A stretch of 64,000 bases of DNA from Sminthopsis crassicaudata (GCF_048593235.1 NC_133620.1:29948852-30012851), one strand, 5' to 3'; shown: positions 51,201 through 61,059, counted from the stretch's first letter. The notes: a model not told the origin generated them from the letters alone. Made by a program: numbers and translations.

Positions 51201-54200
51201 TCCTTAAATCTACACTCTCACCTCCTGATAAAGACTTGCACCCAACTCACCCCCATGTACAATCTCTTATCTACTGGTGGCCTTTCAGCTGCCACAGGCA
51301 GTCAAGTTTGACCCTGTGGACCCCGCAAGCTGCCATCCCAGCACTCTCACCTCTTTCTCGACAGAACTCCCAACAAGGTTTGTCTCCACTTCCTCACCTC
51401 AAACATGTCTGTCAAAACCTTTTGCCCACTGACATAGGGGACCCCCCAGGCCTTCTCACTGGCCCTGCCACTAGGCCTTCTTGACCCTTGGTCCTCGTCA
51501 TTTGCTCTGCAACGCAGGTCCAGCACTCAGCAGGCACTCAGCACATATTTACTGAGGACACTCTTCCAATGAGAGTGTGAGCTCCTTGAGTCCAGGCAGT
51601 CTCGTTATTTGGCTTTTTTTTTTTTTTTTTTTTTTTTCTTTTAGCACATTCCCAGTGCTTAGTACACAGGAACAACTGAATCCATTGTGTGCCAGTCTTG
51701 TTGCCCTTTGCCTTTTCTGGACACTCTCCAGTCAGTCATCCTCCTAAAGCATAGTGCCAGCACTGCCCCCAGGGTTCCAGATGAGAGCCGACTGGGCAGA
51801 ATCCAGCAGGGCAGCCGCTCCCAGTTCTGAACCCTCCCTAGCACCAACTCTCTTACTTGTCATCTCATAGTCAGTCTGTGATCTAAAACCCCCAGCCCTT
51901 CTGAAACACGGCTTTCTCAGCATGTCTCTCCCAAATGTCCGAAGCCAGTTTTAGGATCTGAGTGGAAGGCTTTTAAATTTGGTAAATTTCCTCTCCTTAG
52001 ATGCTGTCCCACGTTCTAGGTTATGAAGATCAGACTGGATTTTGACACTGATCATCAGTTTGTTAACTGTCCATTCTAGCTTATGGCACCTGCCAATTTC
52101 CCAAGCACACCGCAAGCCTTTACACAGATCCCTGACACGATTATGAATCAGCTCAGTGCTGAGGACAGATCCCTAGGCACACCACAGGAGACCTCCTGCC
52201 ACGCTGACGACAAGCCATTAATAACTATTCTGAGGGTCTGCCCTTTGCTCTAGTTTCAAACCTCTAGAACTCTGCCATGGTCCGGCCCCAGTGTCACCAT
52301 CTTTGCTAGTGAAGGAGCTGGATAGTCTAGCACATGCTTTGCTATAATGTAGCCCTCGCACTCCAGTTTTGTAACTATTCTAGAGAGCCTGTCAGCCCTG
52401 CCACTGAGGAAGCCAGTAGGAGCTGCCTTTTGGGATATGCACCAACTGAGCCTTTAATAATAATGCTGGAAAACTTCGCCAGGACCTGAACCCCAGCTCC
52501 CTGGCTGAGTTACAGAGAACCCTCTCCCCTTTCAGGAAAGCTGAACCTTCGGCCGTGTTCCAGGGTTTGTCAAAGATCACGATGGGTCACTTAGCAGTTC
52601 TACTGCCCGTTCTTTTAAGACCCTCAGAGTGACCCACCGAGGCCTTCACCAGAGGCAGCCAGGCGTCTCTGAAAAGCTCTTTCCTTATCTCTGATTTCAA
52701 TGCACATTTTTGCAGTCTTTTCCAATCCTAAGTTTATTCTGCTTGGCAGAGAAAGAGAAAGCACAGTGAGGGGACAGCAGCCCTCTCTTCCCTGGTCTGA
52801 GGTTGAATGGACCTTCCTTAGGGGCCTTCCTCAGAATTAACCTGATCTCACCCCCCTTTCTTCACTACCAACTGAGAGACTCACAACAACTCCCTGCCCA
52901 CATGGTAGCCTGCTCTGTTCTCTACCAGACAAATATAAGAAACAGCCCTTCAAAAAAAAAAAAAAAAAAGGGCTTGCCCCTGACTCAGCACCCCTTCTCC
53001 TTGCCCCCAACTTCAATTTTCACCACGGCGGTAGCCCGCGTCTCAGCTCTTCCACTTCTCCCAAGGGCCTCACCTTGAATGGTTCTCCCCCAAAGCCACG
53101 GCAACTCGGCAAATCCCATGAGATGTCTCCATGTCCCCATTCTGCACTGCCTGCCGAAGCTGCTCCTGCAGCCCCAGCACCAGGGGGATCAGCTTGAGCA
53201 GCGTGTTCACATACCTGTGGGGAAAACCACCTGTGGCTCTACACCTACAAGGGGCCCTCAACCAGAGTTACCTCTGGGGAAGATCTCCTCCTCCCCCACA
53301 AAGAGGCCAGTTCCCCACAAGTCTGCAGGGAGAGACCAGGACTTACAGTCCCTTCTTGCCAAGGAGAGACCCAGACTGTCTCTTCCACTTCCCTCCCCCG
53401 CCCAAGAAGAGGTCAGAACCCTTCCCCCAAATCTCCCTGCCTCAGGCTCAAACTCCCCCTTAACAAGCTAGAAGCCCACAGGCCCCTCCCCGACCCCACA
53501 GAGAAGAGTGACTATGGATGGAGGGAATAAGCCACATGTACTTTTCAAAATGGCTTTTGAAGAAAAACAACACAGTGGTGGGAAGGGGCACCACATATGG
53601 GGCCCGGAGAGCCTGAGGGCCACTGGGGGTTCAGACTCCACTGCCTTTCACCGTGGGAGCCATTTTCCCTCCCCTAAGCAGGCAGCGTTTCATCAGGAGA
53701 ACCCTGGGCAATGCCATCTGCCAGCAGGGGGGCAGCATGGAAACCTTAGGCACAGCATGACTGAGGCAGGCCAGCATTTTCATGGCAGCCCATGGATGGC
53801 GAGGGGGAGGAAGAGGAAGAAAGGACAGGTCATTGAGGCTGGCAAAGGTCCAGCGTGGCAGCTGCTTCTAAGTATCACACACTAACCCACAAGTTCTGTC
53901 CAGCCAGGGAGAGGGGAGGGGAGGCTAAGGTTTCATGTTCGCCCCTCCTCCATACCCTCCTTCTCCAGACTATCTCGGACCACTCGTTCCTCCTAGTGCC
54001 AGTGGAGATGGCGTCACCCTTGCTGCCCTGACACCCGAGGTTCCCAGACAATGAGAGCCTTCACTGATGACCAGCACGGGCTGGCCAGTGGCGGGCAATG
54101 CCTGGTGCACAGACTCAGTGCTGGGAAAGGAGAGGCAGCCTTGACTATCCCACCAAGGCCCAAAGGAGGCCCAGGCCCACAGCAAGCTCCAGACGACGAG

Positions 54201-57200
54201 CCAGGGGAGGTGAGGGGACCCTAAACATACAACTAATGAATGTCTGCGGCCTTGAATCATGAAGAAACAAGTCACAGGTTTTCTCTAACTTGGCCCTGGC
54301 CCAGGGGGGTCTCAGGAGTCTGCTCACCCCCCACTTTCTCGACACCCCTACCCCGCCCCCTCATTCTAGGTTGACGGGCTTCACCAGGATTAAAAATACA
54401 CTTCAAAGACTTGTTGTCTTGGTACAGGGAGCACCAGTGATGGGTGGCAGCAGCTGTGGAGGAGGAGGGGAGGGGAGGAGGCCAGGCCAGGTGGGGGTGG
54501 GGCTGGCAAGGCAGCAAATCAGGAGTCTGCTCCATGATGAGCACCCAGAGTACAAGAGAGCCAGGACTTGCCTAGAAACGGAGGCAGGCCCAGCCCTCTC
54601 TGGGAGGACCCAGGGCTGGCACAGGGCAGCTCAGGGTGCCACAGCTGGCCTAGCCGGGGGAGGGGGGCTGAGAGCCTCCGCCGGTGCCCCTCGGGGTGCT
54701 GCCGCTGCTAGTGCTGGCAGGGTGGTGGTGGCGGTGGCAGCAGCAGCAGCAGCAGCAGCACCTGACTTCCTGGCTGCCTCTCGCACTGAGCTCAACCCAG
54801 ACCTGCAATTAGAGCTCTGAGAGGCAAGCGGAGAAAATGGGGAGTGTTGCTAAGCAACCAAGGGCTGAGCAGCCAATGGGAGCTCAGACAGCCGTGGGCT
54901 CCCTCCTTGGGGGAGGACGGGCATCATCCGGATGCCTGGCAAGGCCCAGAATGGTAGGCCCGGCTCAGCTCCCAGAGGATGGCCCCCTCCCCAGCCCTGC
55001 CCACACCTGCCCTGGCTCAGCTGTGGGGGGAGGGGGATTCTGAGCCAACTGGGAGGCAGGGACTGCCAGCACCCTGACTGATGCCAACAAAAGACCTGAG
55101 CCCCTTGGGGACGGAGAGGGAGGGGAGGGGCTCAGGAGGACGTGTGTGTTTGGCAAATGCTTAGTCTGTGAGCCAGGTACTGTGTAAGCACCTTCTGAAA
55201 CGGTGTCCCCGTGACCCTCCCCGACCTCGCCGGCTTGGTGCTGCTGATCGTCCCCATTTCCCAGCTGAGGAAGCTGAGACAGTCAGAGTCTGGGGCCTTG
55301 CCCCCAGGCCCGCGTCCTGTGCCCCACTCCGCCTGCTCCAGCCAGGCACTCACCTCTGGGCGTCAGGCTGCGAGATGGCGTTCACAATGGCCTCCACGCT
55401 GCTGTCGAAGAGCTCGGGGTCCCGGAGGGCACTGAAGGCGGCCTGGATCAGCCGCTCACAGTCCAGCAGCGGCACCTCCAGGGGCACCCAGCTGGAGAAG
55501 CACTTGAGCGCCTTCTGCTTGATGGCGCTGGGCAGGCTGGGCTGCTGCAACAGCTGCTCCAGCAGCGGGAAGATGGCCCGGCACTCCTGGGCCAGCATGG
55601 CACGCACCTGGCTCTTACGGTACTGGGGCAGCCGGCTGGTCTGGAACTCCTCGGGCAGCACAGTCAAGAGCTCCAGCAGGGCCAGGCAGCGGCCCTGCCC
55701 GTCACCAGGCGTGGCCTCGGCCTGGAACAGGCGCACCATGTCCGCCACAGCGCAGGGCCAGGCGTCGGGCATCATGCTGAGGGCCAGCGCGGCCAGCGCC
55801 ACACACAGCCGCGTCAGCACAATCTTGGAGCCGCTGGCGAAGCGGCCAATGTGCGCCAGGAGCTGCGCCTTCAGGCTCTCATACTGGTCGGCGGGGATGT
55901 CGCTCCAGTAGCGGGAGATCTTGATGTGCAGGGCGCTGGCCCCGAAGTACTGGATCTCGGGCACCTTGTCGGGCTGTAACAGCTGCCAGCTGAAGTGCCA
56001 GGCCTGTGGGGAGACCTGGGCCTGCATCAGCCACTTCTGGGCCATGTTCTTGTTCTCGATGTTGGGGTCATAGTAAAGCTGGTGAAGGGCCTGGGAGGAG
56101 GAGAGAACAGGACACCAGAGGTTAGCACGGGGGGCCCAAGTCATCGAACTTCAGAACCCCCACATCCTCCCAGACGGTGAAGGCCAAGCTCCTCCCAACC
56201 CAGACATCTCGAGACCCTGGGTGCCTCCACAGCTTCCTTCTGGTTCCCCTTGTTGAGAGCCCCTCCCGGCCAGAAATTGCCCCTCAGAGGGATGGGACAG
56301 AAGCCGACTTTTAATGTTGCTGGGCCAGGAATTCCTAGTGAGGAAATTCCCTTAATGGGTGCAGGCTCCAGAGCTGCAGTGACCTGCCCAGGACCTCTCA
56401 GCCAGTGTGAGGCCCACCTGATCCTGCGCCTCCACTCTCCTGCCTGCCAGCCCCCCTCCCCGCACCGCTCAAGGCTCTGCCATCAGGGCCCAGCAGAGGC
56501 CCCTGAGCCCCCTCCCTGGGGCAGGCCATCAGATGGGGCCTCTCCCAGGATATCCCTCCCCCCCCCCCAGCCATCCTTCCCTGGCAGCCGGTCTGCCCAC
56601 CAGGCCTCCACGCCAACAACCACTAGTGAAAGGGTGGTCGGCCGGGCCGGGACAAGACAGGGGGCTTCACGTGTCTTAGAACACTTGAGAACTGGAGGAG
56701 CCCAGAGGGATCATCTGATCTATTCCCCTCAGGCCCAGGGGGGAAAGGGAGCTGCCCACCATCTCAAGGCTCTAACGTGTAGAGGCAATAATCCAATCCA
56801 AGGGCTTTGGGCATCAAGCTGTCCCGGGACATGAGGGCTCTTGGGGAAGAAAACTGGACCACTGGACAGTTCCTGGCCCCTATCCCAAGGAACAAAGCAC
56901 TGAGCAGACATGAGTCCTGGATTCCAATTCTGGTCCTGGGACTTAATCCCTGGGTGACCTTGGCCAGCGCCTGCTTCTTCCCCCCTGGAGGGAGGGTCTC
57001 AGGGCCCAACTTCTCCAATCCCCTGGTACTAGCCACAAGGTGAACCCTCAGGGGAGGTCAGGGCCCAGGGGAATGGTCTTCCCAGAAGCCCTAAAGTCTG
57101 ACACCTGACAGCCCAAGCCCTGCAAATCAGGGGGGCTTTGGGACTAGCTGGCTGTCCCTCCCCTTCCGATTCCCTAATCCTAGCAGGGAGGTGTGTGGTG

Positions 57201-58505
57201 GGGAAGCCCAGAGCAGACAGAACCAGGGCCTAGAACTCAGTGAGCTCAGCTCTGGGATGGCGAGAGAACAGGGTGAGGGAAGGCAACTGACTCCCCTGCA
57301 TCCTGGCCTGATGGACGACAGACCTCTCCCCCCCCCAAAAAAAAAAGGGGCATTACGTGGCCAGAATCTAGCCGAGCCACGGAGGCCTGAGAAAGGCTGG
57401 GGAGGTGGGAGGCCTAACTAGCAACCTCTTCCCCATGTGGGGCAGGCCCCAGCTCCCCCACCCTCATGCCAGTTTCGATGCCCAGCCCGCGGGGGCCCTA
57501 TGGAGCTGCCTGGGACAATCCTGCCCGTCTCCTGGGCCTCCCCGGGACCCTCCTCTGAGCCCAGTCACCGGCTTCTCGTTCATCTGGCCCCTCGGTGCTG
57601 GCCAGGTCTGAAGCAGGCCTCCAGCCCCAGAAAGCTGCTACCGAGAACAAAGGGGCCGGCCCGGGAGTCCTGGGGGCCCGAGGGACCAGGACGGGGCCTT
57701 CCTTCACTCTTCCTCTTCAGGAAGCCTCAGGAGAGGAGAACTCCAGAAGCAGCCGCCGGGTGCCGGCAGGGAGGGACCCATGAGGGGGCACAGGGCTGGG
57801 ACCCTCTCCCAGCACCCTCGCACTCCCCCTCAGAGCTGCCCAGCCTCAGTTTACACTAGGAAAGGCCTGGGCCTGGGCACCCTCGTTCTCCAGAAGGGGG
57901 GGTGGAAGAGGGGACACAAAGCCAGTCCTAAGCCCCCCAGGCTGGAACACAAGGGCTTCTAGGAGGGCTCTGTGAGGCTGAGGGTCCCAGAATCATCCCA
58001 TCTGGCCCCAAAATGGGGGGGTCCGTCCCTCCTGAGGGCCCGGCTGACCCTGGGGCTACTGAGCGGGGTGCAGGGCGGGCCTGGCCTCGTGCTCCTGACC
58101 CATCGTGCCCACCCCGGCCCGGATGAGCCCCCCAGCCCGGACGGTGCGGGCAGCAGCGACCTCGGCGGGGGCGCCAGGCCGGGCTGACCAGCTGCACTTG
58201 CACCGCGCTCCAGGGCGGCCGGCTGCCAGCTCCGGGGTCGGGGCCGGGCTGCCCAGCCCGCTAGGGCTCCCGGCTCGCGACCTCGGTGGCTGTGAGCGCT
58301 CCGGGCCGCCCGCACCAGTGTGCCCACAGTGCCCAGCCGCCCCCCGCCGTGCCCTCCTTGCCAGGCGCAGCCCCTGGGCACCGGCGCCGGGCCACGTGCC
58401 CCGACTCACCTTCTCCACGTTCTCCACGGTGAAGTCCAGCGGCGGGGGCTGCTGCACGCTGGGGCCGGGGCCCGGGCCCGGGGGCGGCTCCTCCCGCCGC
58501 TCCAT
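27173..58505 (-). CDS. IPO13: Importin-13 (967 aa if exon 15 is 53 bp). Exons 58410-58505, 55354-56090, 53074-53214, 50128-50269, 49630-49796, 49388-49508, 49039-49186, 48771-48952, 48638-48664, 48248-48382, 47848-47991, 47574-47654, 42553-42690, 42360-42456, [about 40312-40364, damaged], 38888-38954, 38753-38811, 28060-28149, 27679-27860, 27173-27269
   Basis: Nineteen exons translate to near-identity with human IPO13 as recalled ([10 protein letters not shown]|[15 protein letters not shown]...[19 protein letters not shown]). All checked junctions are GT-AG with consistent phase. Confidence 0.97.
27679..27860 (-). CDS. IPO13: IPO13 exon 19 (182 bp)
   Basis: [24 protein letters not shown]...FSQQVL. 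Confidence 0.96.
28060..28149 (-). CDS. IPO13: IPO13 exon 18 (90 bp)
   Basis: [30 protein letters not shown]. Confidence 0.96.
31050..31280 (+). mobile_element. Old L1 ORF2 fragment
   Basis: ggcgtggcattaccagatctcaaactgtatt resembles the L1 ORF2 [12 protein letters not shown] motif. Confidence 0.5.
32000..32195 (+). mobile_element. L3/CR1 ORF2 fragment
   Basis: gggcaaatgtcccaattttttaaaaaagg...gactatagatcagtg...aaaattctagaa. Confidence 0.65.
34000..35930 (+). mobile_element. Long L2 fragment
   Basis: Pyrimidine-rich ORF2 remnant; ctcttggacatttccc...tgtaggcatctcaaactcaacaaatccaaaacagaactc; 3' end ggcaggggctgtttc...acatagcaagcactta. Confidence 0.75.
36191..36347 (-). mobile_element. WSINE1-like CORE-SINE
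   Basis: Poly(T), then ggctgaggcaattggggttaag...tttgaactcagg...ccactgcaccacttagctgcccc. Confidence 0.88.
36350..37330 (-). mobile_element. L3/CR1 ORF2 fragment
   Basis: ORF 36899-37147 reads [20 protein letters not shown], resembling the CR1 NYRPVSLTSxxGKIME motif. Confidence 0.7.
38753..38811 (-). CDS. IPO13: IPO13 exon 17 (59 bp)
   Basis: [19 protein letters not shown]. Confidence 0.96.
38888..38954 (-). CDS. IPO13: IPO13 exon 16 (67 bp)
   Basis: [22 protein letters not shown]. Confidence 0.96.
40158..40307. other. Assembly gap (150 N)
   Basis: Run of n in the sequence. Confidence 1.
40312..40364 (-). CDS. IPO13: IPO13 exon 15, apparently miscalled next to the assembly gap
   Basis: Strong acceptor gtttctttccctcgccttctgcag| then (G)GC CCT CCG GCC CAC against the expected G-P-R-D-H; the sequence then degrades towards the N run. 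Phase 1 to 0 requires an exon here. Confidence 0.6.
42360..42456 (-). CDS. IPO13: IPO13 exon 14 (97 bp)
   Basis: [32 protein letters not shown]. Confidence 0.96.
42553..42690 (-). CDS. IPO13: IPO13 exon 13 (138 bp)
   Basis: [21 protein letters not shown]...DLTRQ. Confidence 0.97.
43340..43580 (+). mobile_element. CORE-SINE (Mar1/MIR-like); an oppositely oriented copy lies at about 42900-43010
   Basis: gacttcaaatctagcctcagacactcattagctctgtgac...tataaaatggg. Confidence 0.65.
43734..45621 (-). mobile_element. 5'-truncated L1 (ORF2 C-terminus, 3' UTR and tail), about 1.9 kb, with TSD
   Basis: ORF2-like peptides ([10 protein letters not shown]-type; [23 protein letters not shown]); poly(T) at left; TSD tgaggatctaatct at 43720-43733 and 45622-45635. 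Confidence 0.92.
45655..46309 (+). mobile_element. 5'-truncated L1 3' end with 16-bp TSD
   Basis: TSD aagaaagagtggccca at 45639-45654 and 46310-46325. Confidence 0.9.
45789..45804 (-). mobile_element. Solo poly(A) retro-insertion with 15-bp TSD
   Basis: ggcctggagagactt at 45774-45788 and 45805-45819, flanking only T residues. Confidence 0.85.
46441..46640. mobile_element. Non-autonomous hAT/Charlie-like DNA element
   Basis: Imperfect TIR (ccagcttctt...aagaagtcttgg); tctata on both flanks; similar to 22345-22560. Confidence 0.6.
47050..47520 (+). mobile_element. L2 3' fragment
   Basis: cagtggctcccaatcacctccaggatcaag...gggccaggagcagtcctc...cacagtgagc. Confidence 0.55.
47574..47654 (-). CDS. 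IPO13: IPO13 exon 12 (81 bp)
   Basis: [27 protein letters not shown]. Confidence 0.96.
47848..47991 (-). CDS. IPO13: IPO13 exon 11 (144 bp)
   Basis: [34 protein letters not shown]...GPNP. Confidence 0.95.
48248..48382 (-). CDS. IPO13: IPO13 exon 10 (135 bp)
   Basis: [16 protein letters not shown]...LAEEM. Confidence 0.96.
48638..48664 (-). CDS. IPO13: IPO13 exon 9 (27-bp micro-exon)
   Basis: ctcag|DVLMKQIHK|gtacgg. Confidence 0.95.
48771..48952 (-). CDS. IPO13: IPO13 exon 8 (182 bp)
   Basis: [19 protein letters not shown]...VAVSQ. Confidence 0.97.
49039..49186 (-). CDS. IPO13: IPO13 exon 7 (148 bp)
   Basis: [20 protein letters not shown]...VMFTI. Confidence 0.97.
49388..49508 (-). CDS. 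IPO13: IPO13 exon 6 (121 bp)
   Basis: [15 protein letters not shown]...PCSWQ. Confidence 0.97.
49630..49796 (-). CDS. IPO13: IPO13 exon 5 (167 bp)
   Basis: [20 protein letters not shown]...EQFRIY. Confidence 0.97.
50128..50269 (-). CDS. IPO13: IPO13 exon 4 (142 bp)
   Basis: [24 protein letters not shown]...FWYTLQ. Confidence 0.97.
50850..52700. mobile_element. L2 fragments (about 50850-51900) and an L3/CR1 fragment (-, about 51950-52700)
   Basis: L2 tail cagcactcagcaggcactcagcacatatttactg; CR1-like gtcatctgc/ccattaataactattctgag segments. Confidence 0.5.
53074..53214 (-). CDS. IPO13: IPO13 exon 3 (141 bp)
   Basis: [19 protein letters not shown]...GENHS. Confidence 0.97.
54620..54900 (-). 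promoter_or_regulatory. IPO13: Candidate internal promoter in IPO13 intron 2 (RFX X-box 54846-54858, CCAAT 54873-54877, ETS 54765-54772)
   Basis: Perfect-armed palindrome GTTGC-TAA-GCAAC 14 bp from a CCAAT box, plus CAGGAAGT; activity is inferred. Confidence 0.5.
54738..54758. repeat. (CAG)7 trinucleotide repeat preceded by a GGT/GGC run
   Basis: Read directly. Confidence 0.95.
55354..56090 (-). CDS. IPO13: IPO13 exon 2 (737 bp; importin-beta N-terminal domain)
   Basis: [31 protein letters not shown]...ISQPDAQ. Confidence 0.98.
58410..58505 (-). CDS. IPO13: IPO13 exon 1 (96 coding bp)
   Basis: gagATGg; [32 protein letters not shown]|GTGAG. Confidence 0.96.
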
Positions 58506-58552
58506 CTCCGGCAGGCGGGGCGGGGCGTCTACACCAGCTGCCGGCCGGCCGT

Positions 58553-58606
58553 CTACACCGCGTCTACACCCCTCTGGGCGCCCGGAGGCGGGGCCAGAGC
58601 GGGCAT
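58553..58606 (-). other. uORF in the IPO13 leader (MPALAPPPGAQRGVDAV*)
   Basis: gccATGc at 58606; TAG at 58555-58553; out of frame with the main ATG. Confidence 0.6.
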
Positions 58607-58672
58607 GGCGGGGGCGCGCACGGTGCGGGCGGGGGCGGGGAGGGGACCGGGGCCGGGACCGGGGCGCCTCCT

Positions 58673-58699
58673 CCGCCGCCGCCGCCGCCGCCGCCGCCG
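58673..58699. repeat. (CCG)9, i.e. (CGG)9 in the IPO13 5' leader
   Basis: Read directly. Confidence 0.95.
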
Positions 58700-60119
58700 C
58701 CTCCTCTGGGCTGCCCTCCGGGCTGCCGCCTCCTCCGGGCCGGGCTGCCGCTCCTCGGGCTCCGCGCCCGCCGCCCCCCACCGCCCGCTGCGCTGCGCTC
58801 CGCTCCCTCCGCCCCCCGGCCCTCCGTCCGTCCGCCCCCTCCCGCCCTCCCTCCCGCGTCCTTTTGGACTCTCGGCCAGGCCGGCCGGGCGGGCGCCCCG
58901 GAGGAGGGAGGCCCGGGGTCCTCGTGCTAAGGCTGTCCCTGCTGCGCCGGGGCCGAGGAGACCCTCCGAGGAGGCATCGGGTAGGACGCCCCTGCCTTTC
59001 TAGGACCTCGCCCCGGGAGCTCCTGGGAAATGTAGTCTAGAGGGCGGGCGCGCGGCTGAGGCGGAATGGGAGAAGCGAGGGGCTGGGCCACGGCGGGGGT
59101 GTAGCTGAGGAGGGGAAGAGGGAGGAGTCGGGACCCGTCTAGGAGAGACTGGGGAAGAGGGATCGGGGTCTGGGCCAAGGGATGGGCGGAGCGAGGAGAA
59201 CGGAGGAGGAGGAAGAGGAGAAGGAGGAGGAAGGACCGAGGTCGGGATGACTGCTCTCACCCCTCCCCAGGCACCCCCGCCTCCCTCGGTCAGGCAGCCC
59301 TCCTCACCGCCAGATGCCAAAGTAAGAAGTGGCCGGACTCAATTTCCCTGTTGCAGAGAGTTCCCCGCTGCAGGGGACGGAGGCAGCCGCCAGGGCCCGA
59401 TGGCCCCACGGGGCGGGGGCAGGGGCAGCTCCCCTGCGCGAGCGCTTGGGGAGATGCAGCAGCAGGGATCGGAGCCAGAACCGGCGGCGGCCGTCCTGGG
59501 GTCCTGGGAAACTGAGGTGGGCGGGAGCCTCCCTGCGAGGCCGCAGCACTGGGGCAAGCGCTGCCCACGGGCCGTGTGATCGGTGTGGGAGACACAGCCA
59601 CCAATAGCTCTGTCCTCTGCAGACACACACTCTGCCCGAGGAGCCGGCCCAGCGGACACAGGAGACGTGCACGCGAAACGAGTAACCGAGACAAAACTCG
59701 ACAGAAGAAACACACGATCTTCTTGTAAAAGATGGATCTGAAGGCAGCGTGAGGAGCCTGGGACATCAGACTAGAAGAGATGTGCTCCAGGGATGAGGGA
59801 CGGGAGGGGAGACTCTTATCTGAAGAGCACGGGAGGTCCGGCTCATTGATATTAGCGGAGGAAGCTACAGGCAGCCGGAAAGCAGGAAGCCCGGGGTTGA
59901 AGGTCTTTAAAAGCCGACCAGAATATCCTCTAAGTGACAGTTGTGAGGGAGGCTGAAAAGTCGGTTTCCGCAGTGTGGCAGACTTTGAGACAGCGTGGCC
60001 CAGTGGGTAGCGCTGAGCAAAAGGTCTTCCGAATGAGAGAGGCTTCCACAGAGCAACTCAGTGATCAGCAGAAGCCTCGAGCAAACAAGAAATTGGGGGG
60101 GGGGCTGGGAAGGCGAGGG

Positions 60120-60563
60120 AGATGTAGCCAATCAGAAAGAATCTTGTATTAAGATAATGACCCATCCAGCCTAAACTAATTGGGGTCAATGACCTGACTA
60201 GACCAATCACTGCTTGGACTGCTTACTAGGCTAATTGAATATTAAACACCATACCCCATTGGAGGAGCTTTCCGCCATTTTAAAAATGGGATGTATGAGG
60301 AGTGGGGAAGAACACATTTTATACACATTAAGGGGAAACACATAGTGGGCATATCAGAAAGATTATAACCCAGAAGAAATGGACTAATCCATTCTTTGAA
60401 GGGAGGGCTGCACCACACTAGCAAGTACAGTTTCTCCCACTTCTGTGCTCCCTCTTCCCAATGAGGAATGGGGGCCACAACATTAAGACAACTTCTTAAG
60501 ATTCTTCTTTAATAAACTTTCCTTGATATCTGATTTTCAGTGTCAAGAGTGTTATTTCTAGCA
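60120..60563 (+). mobile_element. Possible solo LTR
   Basis: CCAAT boxes, AATAAA near 60510 and a U5-like end (...gtgttatttctagca); no TSD found. Confidence 0.35.
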
Positions 60564-60835
60564 CCCGTGAGGAGGAACCACTGGACTTTATTAAGTGAGG
60601 AAGGCGTCCTTAGATTAGGAAGAGAAATTTGTCAGCTAAGTGGGAAAAGAGACCAGCCATCAGTTTATTGGAATAGTTCAAGTATAACAAGATAAACGCC
60701 TGCATCAGAATGGGAGCAGTGTCAGAGCAAAGAAGAGGGAACATGGGAAAAACGGAATGAAATGATGAAGGACAGGCCTTGGGAACAGCTTGAATGGGGG
60801 ATGGGGAGATATTGAAGAATTGAAAAGAATACCTA

Positions 60836-60962
60836 GGAATGCCTGCCATCTAGGGGAGGGGGTGGAGGGAAGTAGGGGAAAATTCAGAACAGAAGGGAGT
60901 ATAAGGGATAATGTTGTAAAAAAAAGTTATAATTATAAAATTAATTTTAAAAATTAAGAAAA
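60836..60962 (+). mobile_element. Very short 5'-truncated L1 with 14-bp TSD, inside an L2
   Basis: TSD gaaaagaataccta at 60822-60835 and 60963-60976; same 3' end type as 12507-12925. Confidence 0.85.
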
Positions 60963-61059
60963 GAAAAGAATACCTAAGTTTCAAGCCTTAGAGACTGGGT
61001 GTAAGTTGATTATGTTGGGATGATATCAAAATAATAAAAATAAAATTAAGGAGAAAGAG

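Larger units (their letters stand above)
57950..59900 (-). promoter_or_regulatory. IPO13: IPO13 CpG island and promoter with ACTACA/ZNF143-THAP11-type motif (59023-59037) and ETS-like GGAA motifs near 59875-59890
   Basis: Very CpG-rich; GACTACATTTCCCAG on the minus strand. Confidence 0.85.

Noticed and set aside
54290-54820. 176-aa plus-strand ORF with poly-Ala
   Set aside because: Non-ATG start, low complexity, driven by the CAG repeat
55168-55911. 247-aa plus-strand ORF
   Set aside because: Antisense shadow of IPO13 exon 2
58105-59040. 311-aa and 227-aa plus-strand ORFs
   Set aside because: CpG-island low-complexity ORFs antisense to IPO13 exon 1
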